DNA of 64,000 bases. It comes from an uncultured bacterium (GTDB lineage: Bacteria; Desulfobacterota_D; UBA1144; Nemesobacterales; UBA2774). Below the pieces are notes generated by a model. That model was not told the DNA's origin and made no database searches. It worked only from the letters and a program-made list of their open reading frames with translations. Positions 21,714 through 31,458 of the stretch are shown in pieces. The stretch's first letter is position 1. Each line of letters opens with the position of its first letter. Where the stretch lies: positions 1,632,001-1,696,000 of the forward strand of contig CAWGRW010000009.1 in assembly GCA_963825135.1 (NCBI GenBank). The letters run 5' to 3'. The position numbers and the translations under genes were made by a program.

Positions 21714-22013
21714 TATTACGAGTCAGGCATTAAATTGCGATGGCCGAAATTAAATGAAACCTCTTGATTACTTTTGAGGATTTTGCGGGGCGGGCACCTG
21801 GCCTTTAGGTTAAAAGAACGTACCGCATACGAATAATCCGGATAGTTGGCACTTATACCGCTCTTTTCTTCATCTAAGAGTAGTCAAAGAACCATCTGTA
21901 ATTCTTCAATTCTAACGTAATCAATTGACCACATGGACTAAATATAAGTCGTTTAATATGGATATGTTATAGCAATTCGAGTGATTCCAATCAGTTGAAA
22001 GATAGCCTAAGGG

Positions 22014-22061
22014 GGACTGAAAATCCTCGTGTCGGCGGTCGGGTTCCGTCTCCGGGCATTC
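22014..22061 (+). repeat. att-like copy 3 of the tRNA-Phe 3' half
   Basis: 44/48 identical to 12422-12469; T-loop is TCGGGTT. Confidence 0.95.
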
Positions 22062-22398
22062 CTTCCGTTAGTTTCGACCCGATACGCATCCAATGTAAAT
22101 CGCGGGGTGCTCTGCGTAGTACCCGGTCCGTATCAGCTCGACATCGAACTAATTAATATACTTCGCCGGTTTGTGGGGACTCCCTGTGTCAATGCAAATC
22201 AGAGAATCGGATCTCAACTCTAGTCTTATTATGTCAATGCTATTTTTTTCTACGCGGAAATTAGATGGATTGTGCAAGGATAATATATTAGACTGATTCC
22301 TGCAGATTTCGCGGAGGCTTAACGGGATTTAAATCTCTATAAACAATGATTTGATTTCAGTCATGTACAAAATCTAATTCAATATTGGAGGCAATGCG

Positions 22399-22851
22399 AT
22401 GAAATTCTTGTTCGTATCGGTTATAGCGGTCCTGATGTATCTGGCATATTCAAGTCCTGCGGTCGCCCAGAACGTTCCGTCGGGCACCATAACGATAAGC
22501 GAGAAAGAGTTCGGATTTATCATCGGCGGGAGCGAAGGGAGGGGGACTCTCAATTACCAGGGGGCCGAGTATTTTTTCAAATTGAGCGGCATAAAGGTCG
22601 GGGGTATGGGAGTCGCCAAGATTTCCGCGGCAGGGGAAGTCTATGACCTGTTCGACCTCTCGCAGTTTCCCGGCACGTACGTAGCCGGTGATTACGGTAT
22701 TGCGTTAGGCGGGGGAGCGGGCGGGGTGGTGCTAAAGAATGAGAACGGCGTGCTGCTGAAACTCCACTCCACGATGGAAGGCGTCGATCTCAACGTAGGG
22801 GTCTCCGGCATAACAGTCAAATTGGAAGCGGCAATTCCGGATCCACAATAG
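22399..22851 (+). CDS. Exported Gly-rich beta protein (DUF1134/EipA-like)
   Basis: Signal peptide (AVA-QN), G.GTL.YQG and FPGTY...LKNENGV pattern. GGAGG RBS. Confidence 0.65.
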   Translation: MKFLFVSVIAVLMYLAYSSPAVAQNVPSGTITISEKEFGFIIGGSEGRGTLNYQGAEYFFKLSGIKVGGMGVAKISAAGEVYDLFDLSQFPGTYVAGDYGIALGGGAGGVVLKNENGVLLKLHSTMEGVDLNVGVSGITVKLEAAIPDPQ

Positions 22852-22907
22852 AAAATTGGGTATGACCATCGCGAGTGATATATAAATATAATGTTGGGGA
22901 GAGAACA

Positions 22908-24326
22908 ATGGAGTCTAATAAATTATCTGCGATTCTGTTTGCATTAGTTATCGCTGCACTTCCTCTCGCAATCCCGGCCTCCGTTCATGCTGCGAGGCTC
23001 AGTGAGGAGGGGGCGTTAACGATCGGTACCGAGGCTTACATCTACGGCTATCCGCTTGTCACCATGGAGATGACGAGGCGCGTCATGACCAATGTTGAGA
23101 CGCCCAGGGGCACGCATGCGCCCATGTCCCGGTTCGCCAATCTCGGACAATACCCGAACGCCAGCTTCAGGGACGTGACCGCTCCGAATGCGGACACCCT
23201 CTATTCGGCTGCCTGGCTTGACCTTACAATTGAACCCTATGTTTTGAGTCTTCCCGCTGAGGGGAGCCGCTACTATCTAATGCCGATGCTCTCAGGGTGG
23301 ACAAACGTATTCGCAGACCCGGGGACACGAACGACAGGGACCGGGGCTCAGACTTATGCCATTACGGGTCCGGGATGGAAGGGTGCTCTCCCCGACGGCG
23401 TGAAGGAGATCAAGTCGCCCACGTATATGGTGTGGATAATAGGCCGCACGTACTGCACCGGGACCCCTGAGGACTATAAGGCCGTGCATACGATCCAGGA
23501 TGAGTACAAGCTCGTTCCTCTGAGCGCTTACGGAAGGCCTTACACGCCGCCCGCGGGCAAGGTGGATCCATCAATAGATATGAAAACGGCTGTGAGAGAC
23601 CAGGTGAACGCGCTTGACGCCGGGTCATTCTTCAAGCTCCTGGCGGAGCTGATGAAGACAAATCCACCCGCTCCCGAAGACGCTCCGATGCTTGAGAAAC
23701 TAGCGTTGGTAGGGATTGTCCCCGGTCAGGATTTCGACATTTCTAAGCTCGACCCGGCTGTCGTAAAGGGTCTCGAGGGGGCTCCCAAGGCGGGGGTTGA
23801 AAAGATCATGTCTGCGGCAAAGGCACCCGGGAAGAAGGTGAACGGCTGGGCGGTCACGACGAATCTGGGTACTTATGGGACGAATTATGTGCTTCGCGCC
23901 GTTGTTACGGCGATTGGCTTGGGTGCGAATCTCCCCCAGGACGCCGTTTATCCCAAAACGCACGTGGACGTTGAGGGAAACACACTTAGCGGAGCGAATA
24001 AATATATGATTAGTTTCCCGAAAGCGCAGACACCTCCCGTGAAGGGCTTCTGGTCTCTGACCATGTATGACCATCGGTATTTCTTCGTGAATAATCCGCT
24101 TCACCGTTATACCCTGAGTCCGCGTAACGATCTCAAGTACAACGCGGACGGTTCCCTCGACCTGTATATTCAGAATGAGTCCCCCGGCCCGGAAAAGGAA
24201 TCGAACTGGCTGCCGGCGCCGAAGGGGAAGTTCGTACTCATGTTGCGCATGTACTGGCCGAACGAAACACCTCCCTCTATACTAGACGGTTCATGGGCGC
24301 CTCCACCTGTTACGGTGGTGAGGTAA
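22908..24326 (+). CDS. Exported DUF1254/DUF1214 domain protein
   Basis: EAYIYGYPLV, PNADTLYS.AWLDL, GFWSLTMYD and NWLPAP motifs; signal peptide. Confidence 0.85.
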   Translation: MESNKLSAILFALVIAALPLAIPASVHAARLSEEGALTIGTEAYIYGYPLVTMEMTRRVMTNVETPRGTHAPMSRFANLGQYPNASFRDVTAPNADTLYSAAWLDLTIEPYVLSLPAEGSRYYLMPMLSGWTNVFADPGTRTTGTGAQTYAITGPGWKGALPDGVKEIKSPTYMVWIIGRTYCTGTPEDYKAVHTIQDEYKLVPLSAYGRPYTPPAGKVDPSIDMKTAVRDQVNALDAGSFFKLLAELMKTNPPAPEDAPMLEKLALVGIVPGQDFDISKLDPAVVKGLEGAPKAGVEKIMSAAKAPGKKVNGWAVTTNLGTYGTNYVLRAVVTAIGLGANLPQDAVYPKTHVDVEGNTLSGANKYMISFPKAQTPPVKGFWSLTMYDHRYFFVNNPLHRYTLSPRNDLKYNADGSLDLYIQNESPGPEKESNWLPAPKGKFVLMLRMYWPNETPPSILDGSWAPPPVTVVR

Positions 24327-24519
24327 TCGTTCCGTGCTTAAAATATCGGGCTATAAAGATGAAGCTATGAACGCTCTCATGCTCACAAGGAGTTACGTTC
24401 GTTAAGGGCAGACTGCATTTCTGGATGATGATGTTTAAACATATGATGTTAGCAGATTAGAGTTCCAGAGGCTAAAAAAGGAAACTATAATGAAGCCCGG
24501 AAGGCCGGTTGTAACACAT

Positions 24520-24702
24520 CGAGGGCGGCCGTTTCGGCGGATACGGCTTGTATCTGATCAAGGGTAAGCCGGTATTCACGTACAATTTGCAGGACATCGA
24601 GCGTTTCAGTTGGGGAAGGCGCTCGGTCTCACTCACCCGGCAACCACTCTCGACGTAGTAGTCGATACTTGCACGCCTGTGGATGACCAAGACTACCGGC
24701 TG
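24520..24702 (+). pseudogene. Relic of a large-arylsulfatase C-terminal domain
   Basis: Translates EGGRFGGYGLYLIKGKPVFTYNL...W, then after a shift/deletion LDVVVDTCTPVDDQDYR. Matches the C-termini of sulfatases 4 and 5. Confidence 0.75.
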
Positions 24703-24720
24703 CAGTCAGGAAGAGAAAGA

Positions 24721-25632
24721 CTAAATTTCCATACCTTTATTCAAGGTCTCGGACGGCGACTCGCCGTAGAGGCCTTTATATTCAACGGAGAATCTCCCGA
24801 AGTGCCAGAAGCGCCACTTAGCCGCTATATCGGTGACTGACGTTCGTGCGGGGTCCGCTTTGAGCAGATCTCTCCGGGCTTTTGAATACCTCACAAGCCG
24901 TAGGTACCTGATCGGGCTGATACCGAAAAATTCCCGGAAGGCGTAATAAAGGGTTCTCATCCCTACGTTCAACGCGCTGCACAGGTCGAGCACATGAATG
25001 GGTTCATAGGAATTGGCTTTAAGGAAGTCGATTGATTGCCTGATGATGGACTCGCGGGATTTCTTGCCCCTATATGTATTCTTCGGAGACGAATTTAAAG
25101 TATTGCTCAGGATCAGTACCTGCGTATCCAGGAGAGACCACTCCATCCCTTTTGTAATATCCGTATTCTGAAATATCAGGGGATTGGAATTTGCAAACTC
25201 GGTTATCTCATTTACGATTTCGTATAACGAATCAAGAGACGCCTGCGCCTGACATCTCAGGTGCGAGGATTCGCTTCTGCGTGTGTCCAACTTTGCCCCG
25301 AGCGGATCGAGAAGAGACTCCTCGAGATAATCGGGTTTGAACGATATATATATCCATCTGCAGAGTCCGTTGTTTATCGCTATATGCTCTGAATTTTTTC
25401 CGTAATACATGAATGATGCGCTGTCGATCTCGTAACCATTGCAGGTTGTAGGAAAATCCTTATTGACCTTATAAACCATACCGCTCCTGTCCTTATCGAT
25501 TGTCGCGTTCGATATGTACGGGGCTCCGTAGTGTCCAACCTGTAGATTTATATTATCGAAGGAGACTTGTGTCAGGCTTGAAGGGGTTATAGTCCGGCCG
25601 ATCTGTATAAGTTCGATGTCGGCGTGTTTCAT
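24721..25632 (-). CDS. AraC-family transcriptional regulator (EutR-like)
   Basis: C-terminal double HTH (LCSALNVGMRTL...SVTDIAAKWRFWHFGRFS..YK..YGESPSETL). The true start may be ATG 25717 across a +1 indel near 25700. Confidence 0.9.
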   Translation of the reverse strand: MKHADIELIQIGRTITPSSLTQVSFDNINLQVGHYGAPYISNATIDKDRSGMVYKVNKDFPTTCNGYEIDSASFMYYGKNSEHIAINNGLCRWIYISFKPDYLEESLLDPLGAKLDTRRSESSHLRCQAQASLDSLYEIVNEITEFANSNPLIFQNTDITKGMEWSLLDTQVLILSNTLNSSPKNTYRGKKSRESIIRQSIDFLKANSYEPIHVLDLCSALNVGMRTLYYAFREFFGISPIRYLRLVRYSKARRDLLKADPARTSVTDIAAKWRFWHFGRFSVEYKGLYGESPSETLNKGMEI

Positions 25633-25768
25633 ATATTGCGCCAGCTCATCGATATCACGGGTTTCCAGTCTCGTGACGGATCCGTTAGAGAAAAACCCGG
25701 GGTTCTACATCTCTCATTGCCTGACTTATTACCTCCTACTGTTAACATTTTTCATTATTTTAACCACA

Positions 25769-25810
25769 TTGCAAAATTCGGATAGACAAAAATTTTCATC
25801 GGGCTATAAT
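25769..25810 (+). promoter_or_regulatory. Putative activator box overlapping a sigma70 promoter (copy B), divergent from the AraC gene
   Basis: TTGCAAAATTCGGATAGACA-16 nt-TATAAT. Confidence 0.6.
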
Positions 25811-25951
25811 CAAAACATGGGGTGTATCTAACAATTCGTCGATAATAATTCATAGATAATGTCAATAGGTAATCAATATTATGCATATTTAAACCAAATT
25901 TTGTTTTCTAGTCATCAAGCTTAGCAGGCGGCAGAAAGGAGATAACAAGCG

Positions 25952-26512
25952 ATGAGCAATCAAATTGATTCCCGCAGGGGTCTGAACGACTCCTGTCTGG
26001 TATTAGTTCTGACGGCGATTTTTCTGGTGCTCGTAACGGGGACAGGGTGTAACCGCTCCTCTTCCCAGGCCCCGGAGCTCATGTTCGTGCATATTGCCGA
26101 AGATATCAAGGTAGACTCGGCGGCGCAGACTCTCCGCCTTGTGAAAGTCGCCCAGCAGACCTTGTACTTCTCGGATCGGCCCCAGCGTATCGCCGGGCAT
26201 CTCAAAATGGCCGACTACCTCCAGGAATGGACGGCAAAAGCCGGCAAGGACAATTTTCACGCGGACCCGCCTAACGCCACGCTCTCCGTCTATGAGCCGG
26301 GACAGCCTGACAATACGGTTGCCGTGATAGAGATCACTAACCCGGTTGTCGACGGCGCGGACCTCGTTTACAACTACAAGGTAATAAACGGCAAGATGCC
26401 CGCCTCGGGCGGCGCAACCTCGCTGTTCATCGACTGGATAGGGGTCGGCGGCGGTGTCGGGGCTGGCTTCCACGGTGTCGGTGTCGGTGCCCGCGGTCCC
26501 GGAGTCTACTGA
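25952..26512 (+). CDS. Hypothetical lipoprotein
   Basis: Lipobox-like GTGC, TLYFSDRP.R.AG and DPPNATLS, Gly-rich tail. AGGAG RBS. Confidence 0.7.
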   Translation: MSNQIDSRRGLNDSCLVLVLTAIFLVLVTGTGCNRSSSQAPELMFVHIAEDIKVDSAAQTLRLVKVAQQTLYFSDRPQRIAGHLKMADYLQEWTAKAGKDNFHADPPNATLSVYEPGQPDNTVAVIEITNPVVDGADLVYNYKVINGKMPASGGATSLFIDWIGVGGGVGAGFHGVGVGARGPGVY

Positions 26513-26605
26513 CTTTGCAGGTTTTCGGCATGATGTATCGAAGAGTGTTTAGTACATCGATGGAAGATACATGAAAAAAACTAATGAGAGTTATAGGAGA
26601 CTGCA

Positions 26606-26998
26606 ATGAAGACCGGTATATCAGTTTTAATGCTTGTATTCGTCGTAGCAGTAATACTTTGCGTTTCTTTATCGGGCGGTATGGGTGCGAGTGCCCAAGG
26701 AACAGGTGCCTGTGCGGGTGATGTGCAGACATTCTGCAGCGCAGTTCAACCTGGGCAGGGCAGGGTAGTCGAATGTCTTAAACAGAACAAAGAATCGCTA
26801 TCGCCGGATTGTAAGGTCAGGATATTGGAGGTAGCGACACAATTAGCCGAGGTTAATCAGGCCTGTCAGGACGATATATTATGGTTCTGCCCCGGTATTC
26901 AGCCGGGAGGCGGCAGGATTGCCGCGTGTCTCAAGGCAAATGTAGCCCTCCTATCTGCGGAGTGCAAGGCCACAATCGCGGAAGCAAAGGGATACTGA
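26606..26998 (+). CDS. Exported cysteine-rich repeat protein (GLG1/Cys_rich_FGFR-like, two repeats)
   Basis: Two C..D...FC....PG.GR...CLK.N...LS..CK repeats after a signal peptide. Confidence 0.8.
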   Translation: MKTGISVLMLVFVVAVILCVSLSGGMGASAQGTGACAGDVQTFCSAVQPGQGRVVECLKQNKESLSPDCKVRILEVATQLAEVNQACQDDILWFCPGIQPGGGRIAACLKANVALLSAECKATIAEAKGY

Positions 26999-27116
26999 TA
27001 TCGGGATTGGCCTTCCCGGTAACTTAAGTTAAAGCGTTTGGCTGGTTTTTCGTTGCGCAAGTGCAACTAGATTTGTAGTGTCGTAAGAATAAATTACAGA
27101 AATTAGGAGGCTTACC

Positions 27117-27920
27117 ATGAAGCGAGTCACTTTGGTAACGTTTGCTTGGGCCCTTGCGCTATTATTGGCGGGAGGACGTGTCAGCGCTCAGGATGCTAGC
27201 CCCGCTGATCCGAATATAAGTAAAGCACAGGCGATGGCTGTGGCGAAACGGGTGGTCGATTTCCTTTCGCAGGCAGAGCGTTTCAGTGTTACCGTCGACA
27301 TAGGATTCGATGCGGTGCAGGACGACGGCCAGAAGATCGAATTTGGAGAAACCCGCAAGATATTACTCGACCGCCCGGACCATCTCCGAGTCGAAGACAC
27401 CGAACGTAACGGATCGACGAACGAACTGGTATTCGACGGCAAAACTATAATGATCTATTACGCTAAGGATAACGTCTACGCTGTGGCGGATAGACCCGGC
27501 ACGCTGGACGATGCCGTTTCCTATTATGTCAACGATCTCGGCATGCGCTTTCCTCTCTCACAGTTGATTGACCGTAAGATGGCTGCTAACTTGCCGTCGC
27601 AAATCCGTTCCGCGGCCTATGTCGAGCAATCATCTATTGCGGGAGTTCCCTGTGATCAAATCGCACTTCGCGGGGAGGATGCGGATTTGCAGTTATGGGT
27701 CGCGCAAGGCGCTCAGCCATTACTTCAGCGTGTAGTTATAACGTATAAACGGCTTGACGGAAGGCCTCAGTTTTGGGCGCAATTCAGCGACTGGAACCTG
27801 AAGCCGAAGGTGTCCGACAAATTATTCAGCGTTACGCCGCCCAAGGGAGCGGTGAAAATCGCATTTGCCGCCCAGCAAATGCTGCAGCCGGGCGCATCTG
27901 AAACGAATGGAGCGAAATAA
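27117..27920 (+). CDS. Periplasmic DUF2092 protein (LolA-like fold suspected)
   Basis: Signal peptide (VSA-QD), RPDHLRV, FDGKT and DLQLWV..G.QPL. Confidence 0.75.
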   Translation: MKRVTLVTFAWALALLLAGGRVSAQDASPADPNISKAQAMAVAKRVVDFLSQAERFSVTVDIGFDAVQDDGQKIEFGETRKILLDRPDHLRVEDTERNGSTNELVFDGKTIMIYYAKDNVYAVADRPGTLDDAVSYYVNDLGMRFPLSQLIDRKMAANLPSQIRSAAYVEQSSIAGVPCDQIALRGEDADLQLWVAQGAQPLLQRVVITYKRLDGRPQFWAQFSDWNLKPKVSDKLFSVTPPKGAVKIAFAAQQMLQPGASETNGAK

Positions 27921-27922
27921 CC

Positions 27923-28558
27923 ATGAGACAAAATAGATGGAGATACCGGACAGCATCAAGTGTGCTTGTGTTGTTATGCATGTTCGCGGCTTCACAGGTT
28001 TATGCGAGGGGCTTTGGGGGGGACGGCGGCGGATTTTCCCGGAGCGGCGATGCCAGCAGCGGGAACTGGCAATCCAATCGCTCAAGCTCGCAGTCAAGCC
28101 GGCAGTCTTCTGCGGAATCGATGCAGTCGAGCCACCAGAGCTACGGGCAGCAGCAGCAGCAAAGCAGGCAGGACTACGGGCAGCAGCAGCAGCAAAGCAG
28201 GCAAAACTACGGGGATCAACAGCAGCAAAGCAGGCAGAACTACGCCTCCAATTATGACGATTATCATCCGGCGAATGGTTATGGGGACTATTACCATCCG
28301 CCCAGCTACGGGGATTATTACCATCCCCCGGGCGCCTATTATCCCCCTCCTTCCACTGCCGGCGCTTTCGCGGCGGGGGCTGTAACAGGGGCAGTCATCG
28401 GCACTGCGATTACAGCCTCTCAGTTCAGTGCCATGTCGGCACAGGCGACCCCGGTTGTGGTGGGAAGCACGACGTATTATCAGGTAGGCACGACATATTA
28501 TCAGCCCGTAACCCAAGGGGATGGAGTTACGTATGTCGTAGTCCAACCGCCGCAATGA
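27923..28558 (+). CDS. Exported low-complexity Gln/Tyr-rich protein (DUF6515-like C-terminus)
   Basis: Signal peptide, G/S/Q-rich repeats and a C-terminal YYQ.G..YYQP...YVVV.PP motif. Confidence 0.7.
   Translation: MRQNRWRYRTASSVLVLLCMFAASQVYARGFGGDGGGFSRSGDASSGNWQSNRSSSQSSRQSSAESMQSSHQSYGQQQQQSRQDYGQQQQQSRQNYGDQQQQSRQNYASNYDDYHPANGYGDYYHPPSYGDYYHPPGAYYPPPSTAGAFAAGAVTGAVIGTAITASQFSAMSAQATPVVVGSTTYYQVGTTYYQPVTQGDGVTYVVVQPPQ
28141..28244 (+). repeat. Coding tandem repeat, three 33-bp units (YGQQQQQSRQ[D/N])
   Basis: Unit CTACGGGCAGCAGCAGCAGCAAAGCAGGCAGGA with few substitutions. Confidence 0.9.
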
Positions 28559-28892
28559 GCGGTTTGACTTTTTGGTAACAAAGAATAATGAGAAATCATG
28601 CTATTACTGCTGGCGCAGCCGCTTTTGATATCGATGATGCCCATACCCTTAATTACCATGACATAGTCATGGAGTACATCCTGCCTAATTCGAAGAAGGG
28701 GAATTCGTATAAGCAGGTATTTAGCTTTAGTCGGAGGTCCTGAGTCAGTGATAATCGAGGATGGGAATAAAATACTAGCCGGGGTTATCTCAGATGGAGG
28801 ACCCCGCCTCTTTAGCAATCGATCCGGATAGTGCATTAAGCGTGTGTGGAAGTGATGTTCGGGATGCAGTCCGGACCATAAAGGAGAAAGTC

Positions 28893-31367
28893 ATGAATGG
28901 TTTTTCCAATTATTGTTACTCACTTGTAGCGTCTTTCCTAATTATTATTTCGGCATTCATGTCTGTTCCAACCTCATTTCTTACGGCGCAGGAGATAACC
29001 GGCGAGCTGGGCTCTCCCAACGCCACCACCACTATCAGCGGAAAACAACTTCCGCCGCCCGATCCGAAATTCGGCGGGGTGATCAAGGAAAGGGCCTCGG
29101 AGTCAACACAGTGGTGGCCGCCTCGAATCGTGCCCCCCAAAGGCGCACCGAACATATTGCTCATCATGACGGACGACGACGGTTTCGGTGCGCCGAGCAC
29201 CTTCGGCGGCGTCATCCCGACCCCCGCATTGGATCGCATCGCGAAGAGCGGGCTGCGCTACACGAATTTTCACTCGACGTCGCTGTGCTCGCCGACGCGG
29301 GCGGCGATTATCACGGGACGCAACCATCACTCGGTTGGCTTCGGGGTGGTAGGTGAAATCGCGACCGGATTCCCGGGTTACGACTCAATAATCCCGATTG
29401 AAAAAGTCACCATCGGTACGATCCTGAAGGAGAACGGGTATGCGACCTCGTGGTTCGGCAAGGACCACAACACGCCCTCCTTCCAGGCAACCCAGGCCGG
29501 GCCCTTCGACCAGTGGCCGAACGGCATGGGCTTCGAGTACTTCTATGGGTTCGTCGGCGGCGACGCGAGCCAGTGGCAGCCGAACCTGTTCCGTAATACG
29601 ACGGCCATCTATCCGTTCCAAAGCAATCCCAGCTGGAACCTGGAGACTGCGATGGCCGACGAGGCGATCCAGTACATGAAACAGCTCAAGGAGATCGCGC
29701 CCGACAAGCCGTTTTTTGTCTATTACGTACCGGGCGGCACACACGCCCCGCATCATCCGACGTCGGAGTGGATCAAGAAGATCAGCGACATGCATCTCTT
29801 CGACGACGGTTGGAACAAATTACGCGAAACCATCTTTGCCAATCAGAAGCGGCTGGGCATCATGCCTCCGAACGCCCAACTGACCCCTTGGCCAAAGGAA
29901 CTGCCCCAGTGGGACTCGCTCAACTTGGAGCAAAAGAAGCTCTTCATCAAGCAGGCGGATGTCTATGGGGCATATCAGGCATACACCGATCATGAGATCG
30001 GCCGCGTCATCCAGGCAGTCGAAGACCTCGGCGAGCTCGATAACACGCTCATAATCTATATAAGCGGGGATAACGGTGCCAGCGCCGAAGGTATGCTCAA
30101 CGGCACACCGAACGAGTTCACCACTTTCAATGGCGTCGAAGTGCCGGTCAAGGACCAGTTCCTCTGGTACGAGTTCTGGGGATCGGACCGGACCTACCCG
30201 CACTTTGCGGCGCCTTGGGCGTGGGCGTTCGACACCCCGTTCAAGTGGGTGAAGCAGGTCGCGTCGCACTTCGGCGGAACGGCCCAGGGCGTGGCAATGT
30301 CGTGGCCTGGCCACATCAACGACGTCGGCGGCATCCGCCGCCAGTTCCACCACGTCATAGACATCGTTCCGACCATCTTGGAGGCGACCGGCATCCCGGC
30401 GCCCGAGACCGTAGACGGTATAGCGCAGAAGCCGATCGAAGGCGTGAGCATGGTCTACACCTGGGACAAGGCGAACGCCGACGCCTCGACCCGACACACG
30501 ACGCAATACTTCGAGATGCTCGGCAACCGCGCCATTTATCACGACGGCTGGGTAGCGTGCACGACCCCGGCAACGCTCCCGTGGGAACTGAGCACCAAGA
30601 CGCCGCCCGACGTGATCACCGGGTACAACTGGGAGCTTTACAACGTTATGGAGGACCCCACCGAGTCAAACGATCTGGCTGGTAAGATGCCGGAGAAGCT
30701 CAAGCAGATGCAGGACATCTTTTACGCCGAGGCGAAGAAGTATGACGTGCTGCCGCTCGACAACTCGTCGCTCTCGCGCTGGAACGCGCCTCGCCCGAAT
30801 CTCACGGCTGGACGAACGGTATTTACCTACTCGGGAGGACTGACCGGCGTTCCCATCAGCGGCGCTCCGAGCATCCTGGACAAGTCGTACACCATTACCG
30901 CCGAGGTCGAGATACCCGAAGGTGGCGCGGAAGGCATGATCGTCACCGAAGGCGGGCGCTTCGGCGGCTATGGACTTTTCCTGAGTAAGGGCGAGCTCGG
31001 AGTTGGTCGGGGCAAGGTGGTATTCCTCTACAACCTGCTCGACCTCAAGCGTACGACGTGGGAAGGGCCAGAGTTAGGTGCCGGCAAGCACACCATCGTC
31101 TTTGACTTCAAGTCCGATGGTCCAGGCTTGGGCAAGGGAGGGAAGGGCGTGCTCTCCGTGGACGGTCAAGAAGTGGCCAGGAATTCCGTGGAACACACCA
31201 CCCCGATCACGTTCCCGGAGGACGAAACCTTCGACATCGGCCAGGACACGCGCACCGGCGTCGCGATGCTGGAGTATCGCTACGATGTTCCGTTCAAGTT
31301 CACCGGCAAGATCGACAAGCTGACCGTCAAGCTTGAGCCACTGGCGCCAATGCGAAAAAGCAAGTGA
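28893..31367 (+). CDS. Large secreted arylsulfatase, Cys-type (sulfatase 4)
   Basis: AAGGAG RBS before ATG 28893; PNILLIMTDD, LCSPTR, HAPHH and GDNGASAEG. Confidence 0.93.
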   Translation: MNGFSNYCYSLVASFLIIISAFMSVPTSFLTAQEITGELGSPNATTTISGKQLPPPDPKFGGVIKERASESTQWWPPRIVPPKGAPNILLIMTDDDGFGAPSTFGGVIPTPALDRIAKSGLRYTNFHSTSLCSPTRAAIITGRNHHSVGFGVVGEIATGFPGYDSIIPIEKVTIGTILKENGYATSWFGKDHNTPSFQATQAGPFDQWPNGMGFEYFYGFVGGDASQWQPNLFRNTTAIYPFQSNPSWNLETAMADEAIQYMKQLKEIAPDKPFFVYYVPGGTHAPHHPTSEWIKKISDMHLFDDGWNKLRETIFANQKRLGIMPPNAQLTPWPKELPQWDSLNLEQKKLFIKQADVYGAYQAYTDHEIGRVIQAVEDLGELDNTLIIYISGDNGASAEGMLNGTPNEFTTFNGVEVPVKDQFLWYEFWGSDRTYPHFAAPWAWAFDTPFKWVKQVASHFGGTAQGVAMSWPGHINDVGGIRRQFHHVIDIVPTILEATGIPAPETVDGIAQKPIEGVSMVYTWDKANADASTRHTTQYFEMLGNRAIYHDGWVACTTPATLPWELSTKTPPDVITGYNWELYNVMEDPTESNDLAGKMPEKLKQMQDIFYAEAKKYDVLPLDNSSLSRWNAPRPNLTAGRTVFTYSGGLTGVPISGAPSILDKSYTITAEVEIPEGGAEGMIVTEGGRFGGYGLFLSKGELGVGRGKVVFLYNLLDLKRTTWEGPELGAGKHTIVFDFKSDGPGLGKGGKGVLSVDGQEVARNSVEHTTPITFPEDETFDIGQDTRTGVAMLEYRYDVPFKFTGKIDKLTVKLEPLAPMRKSK

Positions 31368-31385
31368 ATTATGGCATGCACAATC

Positions 31386-31421
31386 AGCCGGAGCATGCAA
31401 ACTCATATATCTGCTCCGGCT
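31386..31421 (+). other. Intergenic hairpin, homologous to the one at 34014
   Basis: Inverted repeat AGCCGGAGCA...TGCTCCGGCT. Confidence 0.7.
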
Positions 31422-31458
31422 TCAATGGGTTACTAAATTATTTTTAGGGAAGGTCAAT

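Noticed and set aside
22029..22223. 64-aa ORF starting inside att copy 3
   Set aside because: It overlaps the tRNA-derived repeat and has no recognisable motif, so it is probably spurious.
28560..28890. Possible gene relic between the Gln-rich gene and sulfatase 4
   Set aside because: Only short frames with no recognisable similarity are present, so no call can be supported.
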